In this document: piece after piece, positions 19,106 through 28,160 of the stretch | Numbering within the stretch: the first letter of the stretch is position 1 | Layout of the letters: every line of letters starts with the position of its first letter | Position numbers and translations under genes: made by a program | From: Candidatus Latescibacterota bacterium | GTDB lineage: Bacteria; Latescibacterota; UBA2968; GCA-2709665 | Reading direction: 5' to 3' | Length of the DNA stretch: 64,000 bases | Assembly: GCA_965203805.1 (NCBI GenBank) | Contig: OZ241917.1 | Span: forward strand, 5,489,643-5,553,642 | The notes under the pieces: generated by a model | Seen by the model: the letters and a program-made list of their open reading frames with translations, nothing else | Database searches by the model: none | Told to the model about the DNA's origin: nothing

Positions 19106-20092
19106 GTGCGGGTGTTGGCTTCACGCTCCGGCACGATCCCGAAGGGGTTTTCTGTGGGACATCAGGTTTTGAGTACGGACGTCGGTTCCCGGATTCAGCC
19201 GACGATTGTCGAGCACGTCGGCAGGACGCCGCTGTTGCGCATCCGGAAGTTCGCGGACCACCTGGACGGCGTTGAGATTTACGCGAAAATGGAGATGTTC
19301 AACCCGGGCGGATCGGTCAAGGACCGGCCGGCGCTGCAGATGATCCAGGACGCTGTCGCGACGGGGGAATTGACACGCGACAGGGTGATTATCGATTCCA
19401 CGTCCGGCAATACGGGTATCGCCTACGCCATGATCGGCGCGGCGCTGGGGTACCGGGTGGAACTGGTGATGCCGGGCAGCGTGAGCGTGGAACGCCGGCA
19501 CGTGATCCAGGCCTACGGGGCCGACCTCGTGCTGAGCGATCCGCTGGAAGGCTCCGACGGCGCCATTCTGAAGTGCAGGGAGATTCTGGCGGCGAATCCC
19601 GAGCGTTATTACAAGCCGGATCAGTACAATAACCCGTCGAATCCCAGGGCGCACTATCTGCAGACCGCACCGGAAATCTGGCGGCAGACGCGCGGCCGCG
19701 TGACCCATTTCGTGGCGACGCTCGGCACCAGCGGCACGTTGATCGGTACCGGCCGGCGGCTGAAGGAATACAACCCCGAAATCCGGATTGTCGCCGTGGA
19801 GCCGCCCGAGTTTCACGGAATCGAAGGACTCAAGAATATGGACGTGTCCATCGTGCCGGGCATTTACGACCCTTCCGTGTGGGATCGCAAGATCCGCGTG
19901 GAGACCGAAGACGCCTATACGGCCGCCAGGCGGCTGACGCGCGAACTCGGCGTGCCCGCCGGGCAGTCGTGCGGCGCGGCCTTCGCCGGGGCGTTGCGCG
20001 TGGCCGAGGAGGCGGGCGAAGGGGTGGTGGTTACCCTTTTCCCGGACAGCGGCGAGAAATACATGAGCACGCCGCTCTGGCGCCTGGACTGA
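19106..20092 (+). CDS. cysM: Cysteine synthase, CysM-like (sulfur-carrier dependent type suggested by context)
   Basis: 328 aa. PLP-dependent fold II (NPGGSVKDRPAL, IIDSTSGNTGIAYA). GTG start at 19106; an alternative GTG at 19154 has a better-placed GAAGGGG RBS. Confidence 0.85.
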   Translation: MRVLASRSGTIPKGFSVGHQVLSTDVGSRIQPTIVEHVGRTPLLRIRKFADHLDGVEIYAKMEMFNPGGSVKDRPALQMIQDAVATGELTRDRVIIDSTSGNTGIAYAMIGAALGYRVELVMPGSVSVERRHVIQAYGADLVLSDPLEGSDGAILKCREILAANPERYYKPDQYNNPSNPRAHYLQTAPEIWRQTRGRVTHFVATLGTSGTLIGTGRRLKEYNPEIRIVAVEPPEFHGIEGLKNMDVSIVPGIYDPSVWDRKIRVETEDAYTAARRLTRELGVPAGQSCGAAFAGALRVAEEAGEGVVVTLFPDSGEKYMSTPLWRLD

Positions 20093-20104
20093 AGGAGAGC
20101 GGAT

Positions 20105-20572
20105 TTGGATCGGGCGGTCTGGAAAGAGATTCACGAACACGCGGGAAGGGATTATCCCGCCGAATGCTGCGGGATCGTCGCGGAAGGTGCGGACGGCGGT
20201 TTTCAGGTGCATCCATGCGAGAACATACAGGACCGGCTGCACGCGCGAAGCCCGGAAGAACACCCGCGCACCTCGAAAAACGCCTACCGTATGGACGATC
20301 TGGAAGTCCACCGGATTTTTACGGAGACGGAAAATGCGGGCGGACGCGTGGCCGCGTTCTATCATTCGCACATCGACTGCGGCGCGTATTTTTCCGAGGA
20401 GGACCGTCAGGCCGCCATGTTCATGGACCAGCCGGCCTTTCCCGACGTGGTGTACCTGGTGGTCTCCGTGGTGGACGGCGCCGTACGGGGCGCGGCCGGA
20501 TTCGCTTGGGACGAGCAGACGAAGGAATTTGCGGAATCGGCGCTGGAGGGCTACGATCCGGCAATCCGATAG
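20105..20572 (+). CDS. mec: JAMM/MPN+ metalloprotease (Mec+-like)
   Basis: 155 aa. TTG start 5 nt after an AGGAG RBS. E..ECCG and FYHSHIDCGAYFSEED match the JAMM H-x-H-x7-S-x2-D motif. Confidence 0.8.
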   Translation: MDRAVWKEIHEHAGRDYPAECCGIVAEGADGGFQVHPCENIQDRLHARSPEEHPRTSKNAYRMDDLEVHRIFTETENAGGRVAAFYHSHIDCGAYFSEEDRQAAMFMDQPAFPDVVYLVVSVVDGAVRGAAGFAWDEQTKEFAESALEGYDPAIR

Positions 20573-20715
20573 GGTCCGGATCGCGGGTGGGCCTCACGAA
20601 AAAAAACGGGCGCACACAGGAATAAACGGACAGACCGACGCATTCAGATTTCAATTGCCGTAACATATTTCCGGGACGGGACACCAGATTCAACCACAAT
20701 CAGGAGGCTTGGACG

Positions 20716-21000
20716 ATGGGCTTGACCGTACGAATTCCGACGCCGTTGCGAAAATTCACGGGCGACCGCGCGGACGTTGAAGCCAGCGGCTCGACACTGG
20801 GCGAATTGCTCGACGACCTGGAAGCCAGACATCCGGGCATCAAGGAAAACCTGGTCGATGCGGGCACCGGCGGCTTGCGCCGGTTTGTGAACGTGTACGT
20901 CAACGACGAGGACGTCCGTTTTCTCGATGGTACGGAGACGCCGCTCAAAGAAGGCGACAGCGTAACCATCGTTCCGGCTATCGCCGGAGGGCGATGTTGA
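20716..21000 (+). CDS. cysO: MoaD/ThiS-family sulfur carrier protein (CysO-like)
   Basis: 94 aa ubiquitin-like carrier ending ...VTIVPAIAGG-RC, that is, a di-glycine followed by two extra residues. Confidence 0.8.
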   Translation: MGLTVRIPTPLRKFTGDRADVEASGSTLGELLDDLEARHPGIKENLVDAGTGGLRRFVNVYVNDEDVRFLDGTETPLKEGDSVTIVPAIAGGRC

Positions 21001-21045
21001 TTACCGCCGTGGCCCATCTCCGCCAGGCTTGTTCGGAGGCCGCCT

Positions 21046-21474
21046 ATGCAAATCTCCTCAAAGGGCAATTACGGATTGCGGGCCGTTCTGGATCTGGCGC
21101 TTCATTACGGCGAGGGGGTCGTGCAGAGTGCGGATATCGCGACCAGACAGGACATTCCGGAGTCATATCTTGCACAGTTGCTGAATCTGCTGCGCAATGC
21201 CGGGCTGGTACGGAGCGTCAGAGGACCCCGGGGCGGCCACGAACTGATCCGGCGGCCCGACGACATTACCGTGGGGGCGGTTCTGGAGGTCCTTGAGGGG
21301 CCGGTCCGGTTGTCCGGAGAAACGCCGGAAGGCGAGCACGGGACAAAGGACGTTTTGCGGGAAGTCTATGAACGGCTGGAGGCGGCCGTGGAGGAAGTCC
21401 TGGACTCGGTCACGTTCGGCGACCTCTGCGCGAAATATCGAACCAAAAGCGGGCGTATTGTCTTTCGGATCTAG
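21046..21474 (+). CDS. Rrf2-family transcriptional regulator (CymR/IscR-like; no Cys cluster seen)
   Basis: 142 aa. MQISSKGNYGLRAVLDLAL...ADIATRQDIPESYLAQLLNLLRNAGLVRSVRGPRGGHEL. Its TAG stop is formed at the IS630 insertion junction. Confidence 0.85.
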   Translation: MQISSKGNYGLRAVLDLALHYGEGVVQSADIATRQDIPESYLAQLLNLLRNAGLVRSVRGPRGGHELIRRPDDITVGAVLEVLEGPVRLSGETPEGEHGTKDVLREVYERLEAAVEEVLDSVTFGDLCAKYRTKSGRIVFRI

Positions 21475-22632
21475 TGTTTCGTCCCAGGAGTAACTTGCAA
21501 AAATAGTTCACTTGCCATAGATTCCCTATAGCGAAAGGAGGAATCTATGGCCAGGGGACGTCCGTTAGCGCCACTGAGTATTGGGGATGAGGTTCGTGCG
21601 CAACTGGAAACCATTTCCCGTTCAAGAAGCATGTCGCACAGTCTTGTGTGCCGGGCGAAGATCGTTCTGATGAGTGATCAAGGGCTGTCGAATCAGCAGA
21701 TCGGACGACAGCTTGGTCTGTCGGGAGCCACAGTCGGGAAGTGGCGCCGTCGGTTTTTAGAACAAGGTCTGATGGGGCTTTATGATGAATTGCGCCCCGG
21801 GGGGCCCCGCTCGATCAGCGATGAGCGCATCGCCTCGCTGATTCATGCAACGCTCAAAGACAAGCCGTCGGGAGCCACCCACTGGACCTGCCGCTCTCTG
21901 GCAGCCCAGACGCAACTGTCCAAGTCCACGGTTCAGCGCGTGTGGAAAGCGTTTGGTCTACAGCCGCACCGGCAAAAACACTTCAAGCTGTCCAATGATC
22001 CGTTCTTTGTCGAGAAGGTACGTGACATTGTCGGACTGTATCTGAACCCTCCCGACAACGCGATGGTATTATGCGTTGACGAAAAGAGTCAGATCCAGGC
22101 ATTGGAGCGAACGCAGCCGATATTGCCTTTGGGGTTGGGCTATGTGGAAGGGGTCACCCACAATTATATCCGGCACGGCACCACGACCTTGTTCGCCGCG
22201 CTGGAGGTCGCTTCCGGCAAGGTGCTGGCCCAATGCAAACCCCGACATCGACACCAGGAATTTTTACAATTCCTCAAATATATCGACCAAAACGTCCCGA
22301 AGGACCTTGACATTCATCTCGTCGTCGACAACTACGCCACGCACAAGCACGAAAAAATCAAACGCTGGATCGCAGCCAGGCCCCGATACCACGTTCACTA
22401 TACACCGACCTATGCGTCCTGGCTCAACCAGGTCGAGATCTGGTTCGGCATCATTACCCAGAAAGCCATCCGACGCGGGACCTTCAAAAAGGTGAAAGAC
22501 CTCATCGCCAACATTCAGGATTTCACCAACCATTATAACGCCAACTCACGACCGTTCGTCTGGACCGCCACCGCAGAATCGATCCTTGACAAGATCACCA
22601 GACTTTTTGAACTAATTCATGGGACAAGACAC
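21474..22632 (+). mobile_element. IS630-family insertion sequence, copy 1 (1159 bp, TA-flanked)
   Basis: Left IR GTGTTTCGTCCCAGGAGTAACTT and right IR (reverse complement) GTGTCTTGTCCCATGAATTAGTT. TA lies at 21472-21473 and 22633-22634. One transposase ORF. Confidence 0.85.
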
Positions 22633-22635
22633 TAG
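21547..22635 (+). CDS. IS630-family DDE transposase
   Basis: 362 aa. N-terminal HTH (LSNQQIGRQLGLSGATVGKWRRRF), then VDEKSQIQALER, HLVVDNYATHKH, YTPTYASWLNQVEIWF. Confidence 0.9.
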   Translation: MARGRPLAPLSIGDEVRAQLETISRSRSMSHSLVCRAKIVLMSDQGLSNQQIGRQLGLSGATVGKWRRRFLEQGLMGLYDELRPGGPRSISDERIASLIHATLKDKPSGATHWTCRSLAAQTQLSKSTVQRVWKAFGLQPHRQKHFKLSNDPFFVEKVRDIVGLYLNPPDNAMVLCVDEKSQIQALERTQPILPLGLGYVEGVTHNYIRHGTTTLFAALEVASGKVLAQCKPRHRHQEFLQFLKYIDQNVPKDLDIHLVVDNYATHKHEKIKRWIAARPRYHVHYTPTYASWLNQVEIWFGIITQKAIRRGTFKKVKDLIANIQDFTNHYNANSRPFVWTATAESILDKITRLFELIHGTRH

Positions 22636-22796
22636 TATCCTGTCCCAAAAATACCTCACCATTCTTCCGCCGATTCATCCCGTCTCGCGGCGTTGCCAGC
22701 GCTCGACGACCTGGCCAGGTCGCCTGCGCTCTGGCGCCTTGCGAGCCGGGCGACTCGACGGCCGAATTCAGGCAACTTATTTCCGGGACAGAACAC
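22635..22796. mobile_element. 162-bp non-autonomous IS630-derived MITE
   Basis: Ends GTATCCTGTCCCAAAAATACC... and ...TTATTTCCGGGACAGAACAC (reverse complement GTGTTCTGTCCCGGAAATAA) match the IS630 copy 1 IR consensus GTGTYYYGTCCC. It is bounded by the TA at 22633-22634 and the TA at 22797-22798. No ORF. Confidence 0.7.
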
Positions 22797-22798
22797 TA

Positions 22799-23956
22799 GT
22801 ACTTAATTGGTTAAATTAGAGTATTTTTCTTCAAGGGCTTTGGGTCGGACTTTTGTGGATTTCCACTCGAAGGGATGTGCGTTCTCGTTGTAGGCGTCAA
22901 TGAAGTGATTGATGGCGGTGCGTAAGTCTCGAATCGAGGTGAAGGAGCCGCCTTTGAGCGCGCTTCTCCACAGGATGCTGAACCAGATTTCGATCTGGTT
23001 GAGCCAGGATGCGTGGGTGGGGGTGTAGTAGAAGTGGACATTGGGATGGCGTGGCAGCCAGCGGTCATTCTTGGGCTTGTGGGTGTTCAGGTTGTCGAGG
23101 ATGATGTGGAGTTCCTGATCGGGGTATTCGGCGACAAGTTCGTTCATAAAGCTCAGAAACTGGCGTCGTTTGCGCCTTTTGTAATGCCCGGCCTTGACGA
23201 GGCCGGTGGCGACGTTCAATGCAGCGAATAACGTGGTGGTGCCGTTTCTCTTGTATTCGTGGTTAAAGCCGGTTACGGCCTTGCCGTTGGGCAGCTTGAG
23301 CCATCCCTGTACCCTTTCCAACGCCTGAATCGCGGGCTTTTCGTCGACGCACAAGACAATCGCATTTTTGGGAGGTTCCAGATACAACCCCACGATGGCT
23401 GCGGCCTTGGTGGCAAATTCCGGATCGGTGCTGATACACCAGCTGCGCCTTCTGGCCAGCGAAATGCCGTGGTTGCGCAAGACCTGCCAGACATAGTGGA
23501 CAGAAATTCCCAGCTTGTCGGCCAACAACGGACCGGTCCAGTTTCCATAGCCCTTGGGCGGGGCATCGTCCAAGGCCTCCAAAATGCGCTTTTCGCTTGA
23601 CTGGTCGTACTTGGCAGGCTTGCCCGATCTCGCCTTGTCCTGCAACCCGGAAAGACCCGACTCGTGAAAGCGCCGGCGCCACTTGCACACCGTGGCCTCG
23701 CGCGTTCCCAGATCCCTGGCGATGTCCCGGTTCGCATCGCCCTGGGACGCTGAAAGAACAATCCGGGCGCGCAGCACATAACGGTGTTGCGTCTTGCCTG
23801 AACGTGTCCAACTCAACAGCGTCTCTTTTTCCTCGTCACGCAACGTGATCAACACGGCGGGGCGGCTCATAGGCGGTCTCCTCTCCACAGTTGAACTGAG
23901 ATCGATTCCCTATGAGCACAAGATATATTATTTCGCTTTTTTTGTCAAGTAAGTAC
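22799..23956 (-). mobile_element. IS630-family insertion sequence, copy 2 (1158 bp, TA-flanked, a distinct family member)
   Basis: Ends GTACTTAATTGG... and ...CAAGTAAGTAC (reverse complement GTACTTACTTG). TA lies at 22797-22798 and 23957-23958. The transposase is on the minus strand. Confidence 0.8.
22803..23888 (-). CDS. IS630-family DDE transposase (diverged from copy 1)
   Basis: 361 aa. VDEKPAIQALER, HIILDNLNTHKP, YTPTHASWLNQIEIWF. Clearly homologous to the copy 1 transposase but not identical. Confidence 0.9.
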   Translation of the reverse strand: MERRPPMSRPAVLITLRDEEKETLLSWTRSGKTQHRYVLRARIVLSASQGDANRDIARDLGTREATVCKWRRRFHESGLSGLQDKARSGKPAKYDQSSEKRILEALDDAPPKGYGNWTGPLLADKLGISVHYVWQVLRNHGISLARRRSWCISTDPEFATKAAAIVGLYLEPPKNAIVLCVDEKPAIQALERVQGWLKLPNGKAVTGFNHEYKRNGTTTLFAALNVATGLVKAGHYKRRKRRQFLSFMNELVAEYPDQELHIILDNLNTHKPKNDRWLPRHPNVHFYYTPTHASWLNQIEIWFSILWRSALKGGSFTSIRDLRTAINHFIDAYNENAHPFEWKSTKVRPKALEEKYSNLTN

Positions 23957-23964
23957 TAGATATT

Positions 23965-24915
23965 ATGTCCACCTCCAGGACCCACCCAATGGATTCCCTC
24001 AGGAAGGGCGACAGCATTCTGGATCTCATCGGCGCGACGCCCATGGTCCGGCTGAACCGGGTCGTCCGCCCTGAGGGCGCCGACGTGTGGGCCAAGCTGG
24101 AGGCGTTCAATCCGGCGGGCAGCGTGAAAGACCGGACGGCGCTGGCCATGATCGAGGCAGCCGAAGCGCGCGGCGATCTGAAGCCCGGAATGAGAATCAT
24201 CGAGCCCACCAGCGGGAACACGGGCATCGGGCTGGCGATGGTCGCTGCCGTGAAGGGGTACGGGCTGACGATCACCATGCCGGAAGGCGTCAGCGACGAA
24301 CGCCAGAAGCTGCTCAGGGCGCTGGGCGCCGAGGTTGTGTTGACATCGGCTTACGACGGGATGCAGGGCACCATCCAGAAAGCGCTGGAACTGGTCGAGG
24401 ACGGTACGGAATGTTATCTGCCTCAACAGTTCGAGAATCCGGCCAATCCGGATGTGCACCGCCGAACGACGGCGCGGGAGATCCTGCGGCAGATGGATGG
24501 CGCGCCCGACGTCTTCGTCGCTGGCGTGGGCACAGGCGGGACGGTCACCGGCGTGGGAGAGGTCCTGAAGGCGGAATTTCCGAAAACCTGCATTGTCGGC
24601 GTCGAACCCCAGGATTCCGCAGTGTTGTCCGGCGGACAGGCCGGACCCACGGAAATCGACGGGCTGGGCGCCGGGATGGTCCCCGACGTTCTCAATGTGG
24701 ATATCCTGGACCGCGTCATACCGGTTACCAATATACAGGCGCGCCGGATGTCCCGCAGACTGGCGAGAGAAGAGGGCATCATTGCCGGCATTTCCTCCGG
24801 TGCGGCTGCCCATGCCGCCACAGCGGTCGCCCGCCCGATGTCGCCGGATGAACGTGTGGTCGTGATCCTGCCGGATACGGGTGAACGATATATGGACGCT
24901 TATCTCTTTGCGTAA
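23965..24915 (+). CDS. cysK: Cysteine synthase A (O-acetylserine sulfhydrylase)
   Basis: 316 aa. LIGATPMVRLNR, NPAGSVKDRTALAMI, EPTSGNTGIGLA. The more likely start is the ATG at 23989 (MDSLRKGDSILDLIG...), which has an AGGA about 10 nt upstream. Confidence 0.9.
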   Translation: MSTSRTHPMDSLRKGDSILDLIGATPMVRLNRVVRPEGADVWAKLEAFNPAGSVKDRTALAMIEAAEARGDLKPGMRIIEPTSGNTGIGLAMVAAVKGYGLTITMPEGVSDERQKLLRALGAEVVLTSAYDGMQGTIQKALELVEDGTECYLPQQFENPANPDVHRRTTAREILRQMDGAPDVFVAGVGTGGTVTGVGEVLKAEFPKTCIVGVEPQDSAVLSGGQAGPTEIDGLGAGMVPDVLNVDILDRVIPVTNIQARRMSRRLAREEGIIAGISSGAAAHAATAVARPMSPDERVVVILPDTGERYMDAYLFA

Positions 24916-24922
24916 ACGAGCG

Positions 24923-24972
24923 GGAAAGAAACGCGCCCGGTGTCTCAATGGACACCGGGCGCGTTTCTTTCC
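24923..24972. terminator. Bidirectional intrinsic terminator between cysK and rpsT
   Basis: Perfect 22-bp stem GGAAAGAAACGCGCCCGGTGTC / GACACCGGGCGCGTTTCTTTCC with a 6-nt loop. Confidence 0.7.
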
Positions 24973-24984
24973 AGGAAAGGTCGT

Positions 24985-25236
24985 CTACAGGGCATTTGCC
25001 CGTCGCGCGAGGTCGGATTTGTACCTGGCAGCGGTGTTTCGATGCAGGACACCCTTCTTTACGCTTCTGTCTATGACCGACACCGCCTGCGGCATCAACG
25101 CTTCCATTTCCCCTCTGTCACTGGTGTTCGCCGCCTTTTTCAGGACGGTTCTCAGAGCGGAACGCGCGCTTCGATTGCGCAGCCGGGCTCTCCGGTTCTG
25201 CCGGAGCCTCTTGTGGGACGACTTTAGCGTGGGCAA
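24985..25236 (-). CDS. rpsT: 30S ribosomal protein S20
   Basis: 83 aa. MPTLKSSHKRLRQNRRARLRNRSARSALRT...HRNTAARYKSDLARR. Confidence 0.9.
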   Translation of the reverse strand: MPTLKSSHKRLRQNRRARLRNRSARSALRTVLKKAANTSDRGEMEALMPQAVSVIDRSVKKGVLHRNTAARYKSDLARRANAL

Positions 25237-25443
25237 CTCGTACCTCCTTCGCGCCCTCGAGGGCGGGAGCGGACATTTCAGATTTCATCAGATATCGAAG
25301 CGAAAAATGTAATAAAAAACGTCACCGTCCACAACAGAATTATTGAAAGTCGCTGAATTACATATCGTTTCCACTGCGCCGTAACCGCTTTATTTCCGGA
25401 CAGATCGTGGATCTTCCCGCAATGCGGATTGCCGCGCCGGTTC

Positions 25444-26364
25444 TCAATTGACCTTCAGCAGCTCAACCTCGAAGATGAGCGTCGAACCGGGCGGGATTCT
25501 GGGAATGCTGCGGTCGCCGTAGGCAAGATGGGAAGGAATGTAGAAGACGTATTTCGCGCCTTCCTTCATCAGTTGCAATCCTTCCGTCCAGCCCCGGATG
25601 ACGCCGTTGAGCGGGAATGTGGCCGGTTTTCCACGTTTGATGGAGCTGTCGAATTCGGCGCCGTCGAGGAGCGTTCCCCGGTAGTGCACGGTCACCTGGT
25701 CCGTGGCGGAGGGCGACTTCCCGGTACCCTCTCTGGTCATCTTATACTGCAGTCCGCTGGGCAATTCGACGACGCCGTCCTTTGTCTTGTTTTCCGCCAG
25801 GAACTGCCTGCCCTCCTCTTTGTTCTTCATCGCCATTTCTCCAGTGTTGGGTCTCGGGCTCCGCGCCTTCATCTGCGCCCGCTGCTTTTCGATCATCTTT
25901 TCCCGCAGCGCAGCCATTGTGGCTTCGATCTCCTCTTTGGTCATCCGCGATTCTGTCTTTAATACGCGGTCCTTTACACCGAGCGAGAACGCATCGGGGT
26001 CAACTTCAATACCAGTATTCTGGCGCAGGCCGTTTACGATGTCTCTGCCCACGGCGTAACCGAGCGAATAGTTGAGTTTCTGCGTGTCCGGTATGTCTTT
26101 CTCCTGGCGAAAGGCCAGCAGCGTCTGCTCCATTTCCTCACGGGTGTAGAGGGTCCCGCCGCCCGCCGCCGCTTCTCTGACGCCCTTTCCGTACGCATCG
26201 GCATCGAGGGAGATCTGCGTTTTTTGCAGCCCTTTCGCAACTTCCTGGCCGATCGTGAATCCCAGGCTGTAGCTGGTTCGCTCGTTTTCGGTTGCCAGTT
26301 CCTTTTTATCGGCTTCACATGCGATGAGTAGAAGCGATACAAGCAATATCCATCCTTTTCTCAT
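25444..26364 (-). CDS. FKBP-type peptidyl-prolyl cis-trans isomerase (FkpA/Mip-like lipoprotein)
   Basis: 306 aa. Lipoprotein signal (LLLIAC), duplicated FKBP_N-like segments, and a C-terminal FKBP domain (VTVHYRGTLLDGAEFDSS...GVIRGWTEGLQLM...LIFEVELL). Confidence 0.85.
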   Translation of the reverse strand: MRKGWILLVSLLLIACEADKKELATENERTSYSLGFTIGQEVAKGLQKTQISLDADAYGKGVREAAAGGGTLYTREEMEQTLLAFRQEKDIPDTQKLNYSLGYAVGRDIVNGLRQNTGIEVDPDAFSLGVKDRVLKTESRMTKEEIEATMAALREKMIEKQRAQMKARSPRPNTGEMAMKNKEEGRQFLAENKTKDGVVELPSGLQYKMTREGTGKSPSATDQVTVHYRGTLLDGAEFDSSIKRGKPATFPLNGVIRGWTEGLQLMKEGAKYVFYIPSHLAYGDRSIPRIPPGSTLIFEVELLKVN

Positions 26365-26493
26365 TGAACTCTCCTGTCTGATCGGGTGATTTCTTCGCTC
26401 GCTACGTCACATCAGCAACGGGAGCCGTGTCGAACGGGCAAAAGAGGCTGACACTTCCGTTCATAGCCCGCCGTCGAACGACGCCGTTCGTGG

Positions 26494-27261
26494 TCAACGT
26501 ATGTAAATCCCTCCGTTGGCGTCGATGATTTCGCCTGTGATGAAGCTGCCCTGGTCCGATGCGAGGAGCAGCACGGCGCCGACCATTTCCTCGGGTCGGC
26601 CGACCCGTTTCAGCGGTGTGGCTTCTCCAAAGGACTCGAGTTGCTCCGGTGTGGAGTGCCGGTGCTGCATCGGCGTGTCGATCACGCCCGGCGCCAGGGC
26701 ATTGACCCGTATGCCGAACGGCGCGAGCTCTTTAGCGAGTCCCCGTGTGAAGGTATTGACGCCGCCCTTTGCCGTGCCGTAAGGCAGGGTGCCTCCTCCT
26801 CCTCCGGTATGACCGGCCACCGACGAGATATTCACAATGGCCCCGCCGCCCTGCTCTTGCAAGGCGGGAATGGCCGCGCGGCAGCACAGGAACACACTCT
26901 TCAGGTTGACGTTGATGATGTGGTCCCACACGTCGTCCGGGCACTCCGCAATGGACACTTTGTCCATCCACTGACCGGCGTTGTTTATCAGTACATCCAG
27001 CCGCCCGCCGAAGACTTCGAGGGTATGGTCCACCAGGCGCTGAACGTCTCCGGCGCTGCAGACGTCGGTCCTTACGGTCTCGACGCGGCCCTCCGACGTC
27101 GAGGCGTCTGCTTTGAGCGCGTCCGTGCCGGCCTTGTTGCTATTGTAGGTGGCCATGACCGATGCGCCCTCGCTCGCCAGGGCGAGTGCGACGGCACGGC
27201 CGATCCCGCTGCTGGCGCCGGTAACGATAGCGACTCTGCCGTTGAATTGCCGGTGGCTCAT
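26494..27261 (-). CDS. SDR-family oxidoreductase (FabG-like)
   Basis: 255 aa. TGASSGIGRA, NNAG and YGTAK motifs. Confidence 0.85.
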   Translation of the reverse strand: MSHRQFNGRVAIVTGASSGIGRAVALALASEGASVMATYNSNKAGTDALKADASTSEGRVETVRTDVCSAGDVQRLVDHTLEVFGGRLDVLINNAGQWMDKVSIAECPDDVWDHIINVNLKSVFLCCRAAIPALQEQGGGAIVNISSVAGHTGGGGGTLPYGTAKGGVNTFTRGLAKELAPFGIRVNALAPGVIDTPMQHRHSTPEQLESFGEATPLKRVGRPEEMVGAVLLLASDQGSFITGEIIDANGGIYIR

Positions 27262-27301
27262 ATCAGTCCTCTCTCAGCGCAAGGGATTTTGAAACAGCTT
27301 C

Positions 27302-28069
27302 TCAGGGTTTGTCGAAGAGCTTCTTCCAGTCCGAAAACGCCATCTGCCCGCCGTCCGCGACAAGCGTCTGTCCGGTAATGAACCGGGCGTCTTGAGTGGT
27401 AAGAAAGTATGCAATGCCTGCGATTTCTTCCGGCTCGCCGTACCGGCCCTGAGGAATGAGCTTGAGGTAATTGTCCAGGGTCTCCCTGTCGTCCAGCAGG
27501 TCGTCGTTCGCCGGTGTGTTGATCACGCCCGGACAGATCGCGTTCACACGAACGTTGTGCGGCGCGAATTCTCCCGCGGCGGTCCGGGTAAGGGCGACGA
27601 GCGCGGCTTTGGAAGAGTCGTAGGCGGCGGAGCCCTTGCTGGAAACCATCGCGTTACGGGACGCGATGTTGACGACAACCCCGTCGCCGCGTTCGATCAT
27701 GCCGGGTGCGACCTCCCGCGTCAGGACGAATGGCGCCGTGGTATTGATTCGGTAGATCTCCTCCCATCGAACCAGAGCAATGTCCACCAGGGGTTCGTAG
27801 CACCATGCGCCGGCATTGTTGACAAGTACCTCAATGGCGCCGTTCTCTCTTGCGAGGCCCGCCGCCAGTTCAGGTATGGACTCCAGATCGTTCAGGTCGA
27901 AGACGCACGGGATGACGTTGCAAACGCATCCGGCCAGCGCTTCGAGGGCGCGCTCCGAACGGTCCAGGGCGATGACACGATCGCCTTCTGCTGAGAATCT
28001 CTCCGCAATGGCTTTGCCGATGCCGCTGCCGGCGCCGGTGACCAGCACCAGCCTTCCGGACCTGTTCAT
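27302..28069 (-). CDS. SDR-family oxidoreductase
   Basis: 255 aa. TGAGSGIGKA, NNAG and YDSSK motifs. Confidence 0.85.
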   Translation of the reverse strand: MNRSGRLVLVTGAGSGIGKAIAERFSAEGDRVIALDRSERALEALAGCVCNVIPCVFDLNDLESIPELAAGLARENGAIEVLVNNAGAWCYEPLVDIALVRWEEIYRINTTAPFVLTREVAPGMIERGDGVVVNIASRNAMVSSKGSAAYDSSKAALVALTRTAAGEFAPHNVRVNAICPGVINTPANDDLLDDRETLDNYLKLIPQGRYGEPEEIAGIAYFLTTQDARFITGQTLVADGGQMAFSDWKKLFDKP

Positions 28070-28160
28070 GGACGAACGCCTCCGGATTGACGGACGATCC
28101 CGCGACGCGGGAAGAGCAACGACATGAATCTGCCGCCCTTTCGGGGGGTGATCGCGTCCG

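Noticed and set aside
23922-23948. An outward or transposase promoter in the right end of IS630 copy 2 (TTGACA...TATATC on the minus strand).
   Set aside because: By my count the spacer is only 15 nt. It is plausible but not strong enough to annotate.
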